Origin: Eledone cirrhosa
Taxonomy: Eukaryota
DNA: 64,000 bases
NCBI GenBank assembly: GCA_964016885.1
Contig: OZ024741.1
Coordinates: 191,704,001-191,768,000 of the forward strand
Direction of reading: 5' to 3'
Part shown: in pieces, positions 58,997-64,000 of the stretch
How positions within the stretch are numbered: the first letter of the stretch is position 1
How the letters are laid out: the number at the start of each line of letters is the position of its first letter
Translations under genes and position numbers: made by a program
Notes under the pieces: model-generated
Database searches by the model: none
Seen by the model: only the letters and a program-made list of their open reading frames with translations
Told to the model about the DNA's origin: nothing

Positions 58997-60841
58997 CTTC
59001 TAACTCACTTTTGTATGACTGACGCTTAAACAATTAAGTTAAAGTGTACATCTACATATGTATACGGAAGTATTAGTATGCATATAAATACACACATGTA
59101 TACATATGTACATGTACTCAGCTTTTCACTAGACACTTTACAGTGAGTGTCAGCTAGTCTGTATGTAACCACATAGGCGGACCGGGTTTTAGAGTCATAC
59201 GAGTTTTCAAGGAAACACATTTCCTCTATTCCCCAGAGGGCCAGACAGGAATATTGGACTAGTTTCGATGTTATTACATCTCATCAGCAATATTTACCCA
59301 TCTTCCGGCTTCTCTGGAGAATTGTAAAAGCACATATCGTTATATGCTTTTTCTATGAAAATTAGTAGTGGGTAGACCAATTTGCATAGAACGTGAGTCA
59401 TTGTACGCACCGGTTCAGCGGAAACGATAAAAACAAATAACGAAACGAAATTAAATTTCGTTTCGCTTCTAACTCACTTTTGTATGACTGACGCTTAAAC
59501 AATTAAGTTAAAGTGTACATCTACATATGTATACGGAAGTATTAGTATGCATATAAATACACACATGTATACATATGTACATGTACTCAGCTTTTCACTA
59601 GACACTTTACAGTGAGTGTCAGCTAGTCTGTATGTAACCACACAGACGGACCGGGTTTTAGAGTCATACGAGTTTTCAAGGAAACACATTTCCTCTATTC
59701 TCCAGAGGGCCAGACAGGAATATTGGACTAGTTTCGATGTTATTACATCTCATCATCAATATTTACCCATCTTCCGGCTTCTCTGGAGAATTGTAAAAGC
59801 ACATATCGTTATATGCTTTTTCTATGAAAATTAGTAGTGGGTAGACCAATTTGCATAGAACGTGAGTCATTGTACGCACCGGTTCAGCGGAAACGATAAA
59901 AACAAATAACGAAACGAAATTAAATTTCGTTTCGCTTCTAACTCACTTTTGTATGACTGACGCTTAAACAATTAAGTTAAAGTGTACATCTACATATGTA
60001 TACGGAAGTATTAGTATGCATATAAATACACACATGTATACATATGTACATATACTCAGCTTTTCACTAGACACTTTACAGTGAGTGTCAGCTAGTCTGT
60101 ATGTAACCACACAGGCGGACCGGGTTTTAGAGTCATACGAGTTTTCAAGGAAACACATTTCCTCTATTCTCCAGAGGGCCAGACAGGAATATTGGACTAG
60201 TTTCGATGTTATTACATCTCATCAGCAATATTTACCCATCTTCCGGCTTCTCTGGAGACTTGTAAAAGCACATATCGTTATATGCTTTTTCTATGAAAAT
60301 TAGTAGTGGGTAGACCAATTTGCATAGAACGTGAGTCATTGTACGCACCGGTTCAGCGGAAACGATAAAAACAAATAACGAAACGAAATTAAATTTCGTT
60401 TCGCTTCTAACTCACTTTTGTATGACTGACGCTTAAACAATTAAGTTAAAGTGTACATCTACATATGTATACGGAAGTATTAGTATGCATATAAATACAC
60501 ACATGTATACATATGTACATGTACTCAGCTTTTCACTAGACACTTTACAGTGAGTGTCAGCTAGTCTGTATGTAACCACACAGACGGACCGGGTTTTAGA
60601 GTCATACGAGTTTTCAAGGAAACACATTTCCTCTATTCTCCAGAGGGCCAGACAGGAATATTGGACTAGTTTCGATGTTATTACATCTCATCAGCAATAT
60701 TTACCCATCTTCCGGCTTCTCTGGAGAATTGTAAAAGCACATATCGTTATATGCTTTTTCTATGAAATTAGTAGTGGGTCAGTCATACAAAAGTGAGTTA
60801 GAAGCGAAACGAAATTTAATTTCGTTTCGTTATTTGTTTTT

Positions 60842-60873
<32 letters not shown>

Positions 60874-60920
60874 CGTATATATATACATATATATACATAT
60901 ATATATATACGTATATATAC

Positions 60921-60951
<31 letters not shown>

Positions 60952-60998
60952 CGTATATATATACATATATATACATATATATATATACGTATATATAC

Positions 60999-61031
<33 letters not shown>

Positions 61032-61211
61032 CGTATATATACATATATATATATATACGTATATATATATATATATATATACGTATATATATATATATAC
61101 GTATATATATATATATATACGTATATATATATATATATTTACGTATATATACATATATATATATATATATTTACGTATATATTCATATATATATATATAT
61201 ATATATATACG

Positions 61212-61252
<41 letters not shown>

Positions 61253-61437
61253 GTATATATATATATATATTTACGTATATATACATATATATATATATAC
61301 GTATATATACATATATATATATATATATATACGTATATATATATATACGTATATATATATATATATGTATACGTACATATATATATATATATACGTATAT
61401 ATATATATTATATACGTATATATATATATATATATAC

Positions 61438-61500
<63 letters not shown>

Positions 61501-61629
61501 TTTTGAGTTTATGTTGGTTGTATACCAACACCTCAGTATGCAGGCTGGAGCACTCGACGAAGTGCGCAGGTTGGTTTGGTTACTCCGGAGTAGTGTAAAA
61601 TAAAGTTAAATAAAAGTCAAATGATTAAA

Positions 61630-64000
61630 ATTTAGCTTCGTTTATTACTGCTATATATATTTCAGTGACAGCCATCTTTGGCTTTGACCTCTTCAGGCAG
61701 TTTGAATTATTATGGTATAGACAAGTACATATGTTGTTTAGGTGTATGATATTGTCAATACTCTGATATGCCCAGTTCCTTGTTGGGTTGTTAATTCACT
61801 GGGGAACTGGAGTCATATATATAACTAGCTGATTTCTATAACTAAATTTATTATTCCAACATATATTAAAAGGTGTCTCAATTGAGTCCCTTATATAGAC
61901 CGTTATATACAGTTTCCAATTTTAAGTATCCTATCTTTAATTACAGTCTACTCTATCATGAAGTAATAAAAGTTTCTATATTAGGATGATTACTCCCTAT
62001 CATAGAGTGCTACAACTGAATGTTCCATACGAAGAGCCAGATATTCATGTCAAAGTTCTTTGTAAATGTAGTCTACTCACAGAACCTGTCAGGGGCCCTA
62101 TTAGAACCACGTCTATATAACCCCTGGTAAGCTCTGGGTCAGCGTATGGCTGACTGCATGGCAAAGCTAAATATCTCTAGGGTAGACCAAAAAACATCCC
62201 TCACTTACAATGTAATTAATCTATCTATCAAGTTATACATGCATATATAATTCACATACCACTTGTACATAATTCATTGTACTCAACATATAGGTTATAC
62301 AGATCTCTTATGTTAATGAATTAATCCTATATTTATCTAATGCTAGCACTCCATGCATATAACAACATTTGCACAAATAATTCATTGTTGAATTCGGTGT
62401 TTAAAGTTTACATATAATTATATAGTGATACAATACAGTCTAAGTAATTGAAAGTAATTATACTAAAAGTAGGTGTACATGGGGATATTTCTAGGGTAAA
62501 AGGTTATAGATAGATGGAACGGATCGTGTTAAGATAGGGTGGATCAGTGAGTGTGGAGTTGTGGTGTAAGGTGTGCCCTGGAGGTGTAGTGCTAGAAGTG
62601 GTGATGGGTTCAAGCCTGACATTGCTATATATTGGGTTTAAAGTTTTGGAAGGAGTGTCGGAAGCGGTGCTGGCATGACGCGAACACTTCCGATTTTTTA
62701 TTAAGGAGGTTATGGTTTGAGAAGATAATAGTATGGGTCTCTAGTAGACAGAGGTTACAAAATTTATTAGGTGGTTTGTACGATGCCGCCTTACCTATCA
62801 CTTCCCATTTAAGTGTATGAGATCTATTTTTAGTTTTTAGATAGTGTATGTAGCTAGATAGTGAAGTGGAGTTGGCTAGACTGTGTTTTTGAAAGAATGG
62901 AGGTGCGAATTGTATCTGGTTTTGAAGCAGTTTGAAGTAGAGCCTATATAGGTTTCAGAAGAGTTGCTAGTTGTGACGGTGCATGAGTAGATGATATCTT
63001 TGATTAAGCATTTTTTATCTAAAGGGCGGGTTCTATTAGATCTACAGTTACAATTATTTTGGATGTTAGCCTGCCGGTTATTATGTTGTGTAGAAGTCTG
63101 GATGATAGTTGTTGCATTATGGTTATGGGGGTTGTCGCTCTCAGCGTTATTGCTTACATTAGTGATATTACTATTATTACTATTGTTATTAGGGTTAGTT
63201 GATATAATGTTATTTTGAAGGTTTACCCCCTGTTGTGTTTTAGTTTGTTGGAAGTAAGAATTAATTTTTCTTTTATTGCTACTAGCTATGTGACGTGGTA
63301 GAGTAGGAGATTTTAATTGTGTTTTTGCTTAAAAATGTATTATTTCTTCTTCTATTTTTGTTTTTTATGTCTGGTGAGATGCTTCCGTTTATGGTATTAT
63401 GGTGACTTCTGTGGTGTGGGTTACGTTTGTTGGCATCCTTCGTATTAGTGTGTGTGTGGTTGCTATTCTTATTACTATTTTTCCTCATGGACATATTGTG
63501 CGAAATAATGTTGTAGCTATGTGTTTTTGTAGGTAGGAACCCGATCTCCTTATTGTGGCCTGATCTAGCTAATGCCTGATTATAATATTGCGAGTGTTTG
63601 CTAAATATGTTTTCGCCATAGGATAGATTAGAGATTCTATTGGATATTCCCTTAGAGATAGAGTTTAATATTGACCTAGGGTGGTTAGACTTGGTATCTA
63701 CGTAAATCAGTTTTTCCTTAGGTTTATGGAATGGTGTATATATCCTTGAGTCTAGGTAGAGGGTGGCGTCTAGGAAGTTAACGTTTTTAGTGTTTTTGTC
63801 TATGGTGATACTTAGGTTATAGTTTTTGAAAGTCTTGTGCAATAGTTTTCTAGTTCTTTCTATATTGAATTTTTTATAGTCTATAAGTAGAAGTGCATCA
63901 TCGCGGTACAAACCACCGTTGAGGTATGGAAGGTCCTTATGGATTTCGTTTAGTAAATATAGGCCGACCAAATCAGTGACCTGCGCCGACTCACGAGATC
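61630..64000 (-). mobile_element. Penelope-like element (YRDD RT plus C-terminal GIY-YIG) with 3' hammerhead; runs off the window
   Basis: ORF 63282..63971 (GLYRDDAL, NFLDATL, HKP...SNHP, NTIKISYS); downstream CNCR, IIYSC, YIGST, CNLCLLE, LLNKKSE, CQH. Confidence 0.9.
61647..61701 (-). ncRNA. Type I hammerhead in the PLE 3' repeat
   Basis: ACUGC-CUGAAGA-GGUCAAAGCCA-aaga-UGGCUGUCACU-GAAAU-AUAU-AUA/GCAGU followed by AAUAAA. Confidence 0.8.

Larger units (their letters stand above)
58562..60842 (-). mobile_element. Hammerhead tandem array RZ-D: about 4.7 x 469-bp units plus a short inverted 5' arm (60778-60842)
   Basis: Exact 469-bp period (ORF calls at 59026, 59495, 59964, 60433); HHRs at 58781-58825, 59250-59294, 59719-59763, 60188-60232 and 60657-60701. 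Confidence 0.9.

Noticed and set aside
59026-60796. Repeated 64-80-aa ORFs in RZ-D and similar small ORFs in RZ-A/B/C
   Set aside because: Recurrence reflects tandem DNA; they are not conserved between RZ families, whereas the RNA helices are.
58562-60842. CRISPR-like or ordinary satellite interpretation
   Set aside because: There are no unique spacers and the context is eukaryotic; whole units repeat and carry ribozyme motifs.
61545-61600. Plus-strand hammerhead-like GCAC-TCGACGA...ACTCCGGAGTA-GTGT
   Set aside because: The core is altered and GAAA is missing; too degenerate to call.

Overview
This is AT-rich animal repeat DNA; a cephalopod/octopus-like host is inferred from repeat content only. 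No host gene can be supported. The window is a nest of retroelements in and around very long (TA)n arrays, with one 200-N gap at 45643-45842. Coding elements: six long RTE LINE copies, all carrying a C4HC3 PHD-type finger inside the RT domain (one has an intact 1006-aa ORF); degenerate R4/Dong-like, L1/Tx1, CR1-like and other RTE LINEs; and two Penelope-like elements (PLEs). Two tRNA-derived SINE families are also present. The main signal is non-coding and absent from the ORF track: about 19 type I hammerhead ribozyme (HHR) motifs, including damaged copies, from several sequence families. Most sit in ORF-less tandem/inverted units of about 370-990 bp embedded in (TA)n. Four related arrays (21.8-23.0, 39.1-40.1, 53.4-54.2, 58.6-60.8 kb) share one unit plan: octamer ATGCAAAT, conserved box, TATA, minimal HHR, TA-rich spacer, hairpin plus oligo(T). 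This looks like a microsatellite-associated retrozyme family with its own snRNA-type promoter, analogous to newt satellite 2 and plausibly mobilised by PLEs. All calls were made by eye; no searches or folding programs were run, and element boundaries are approximate.
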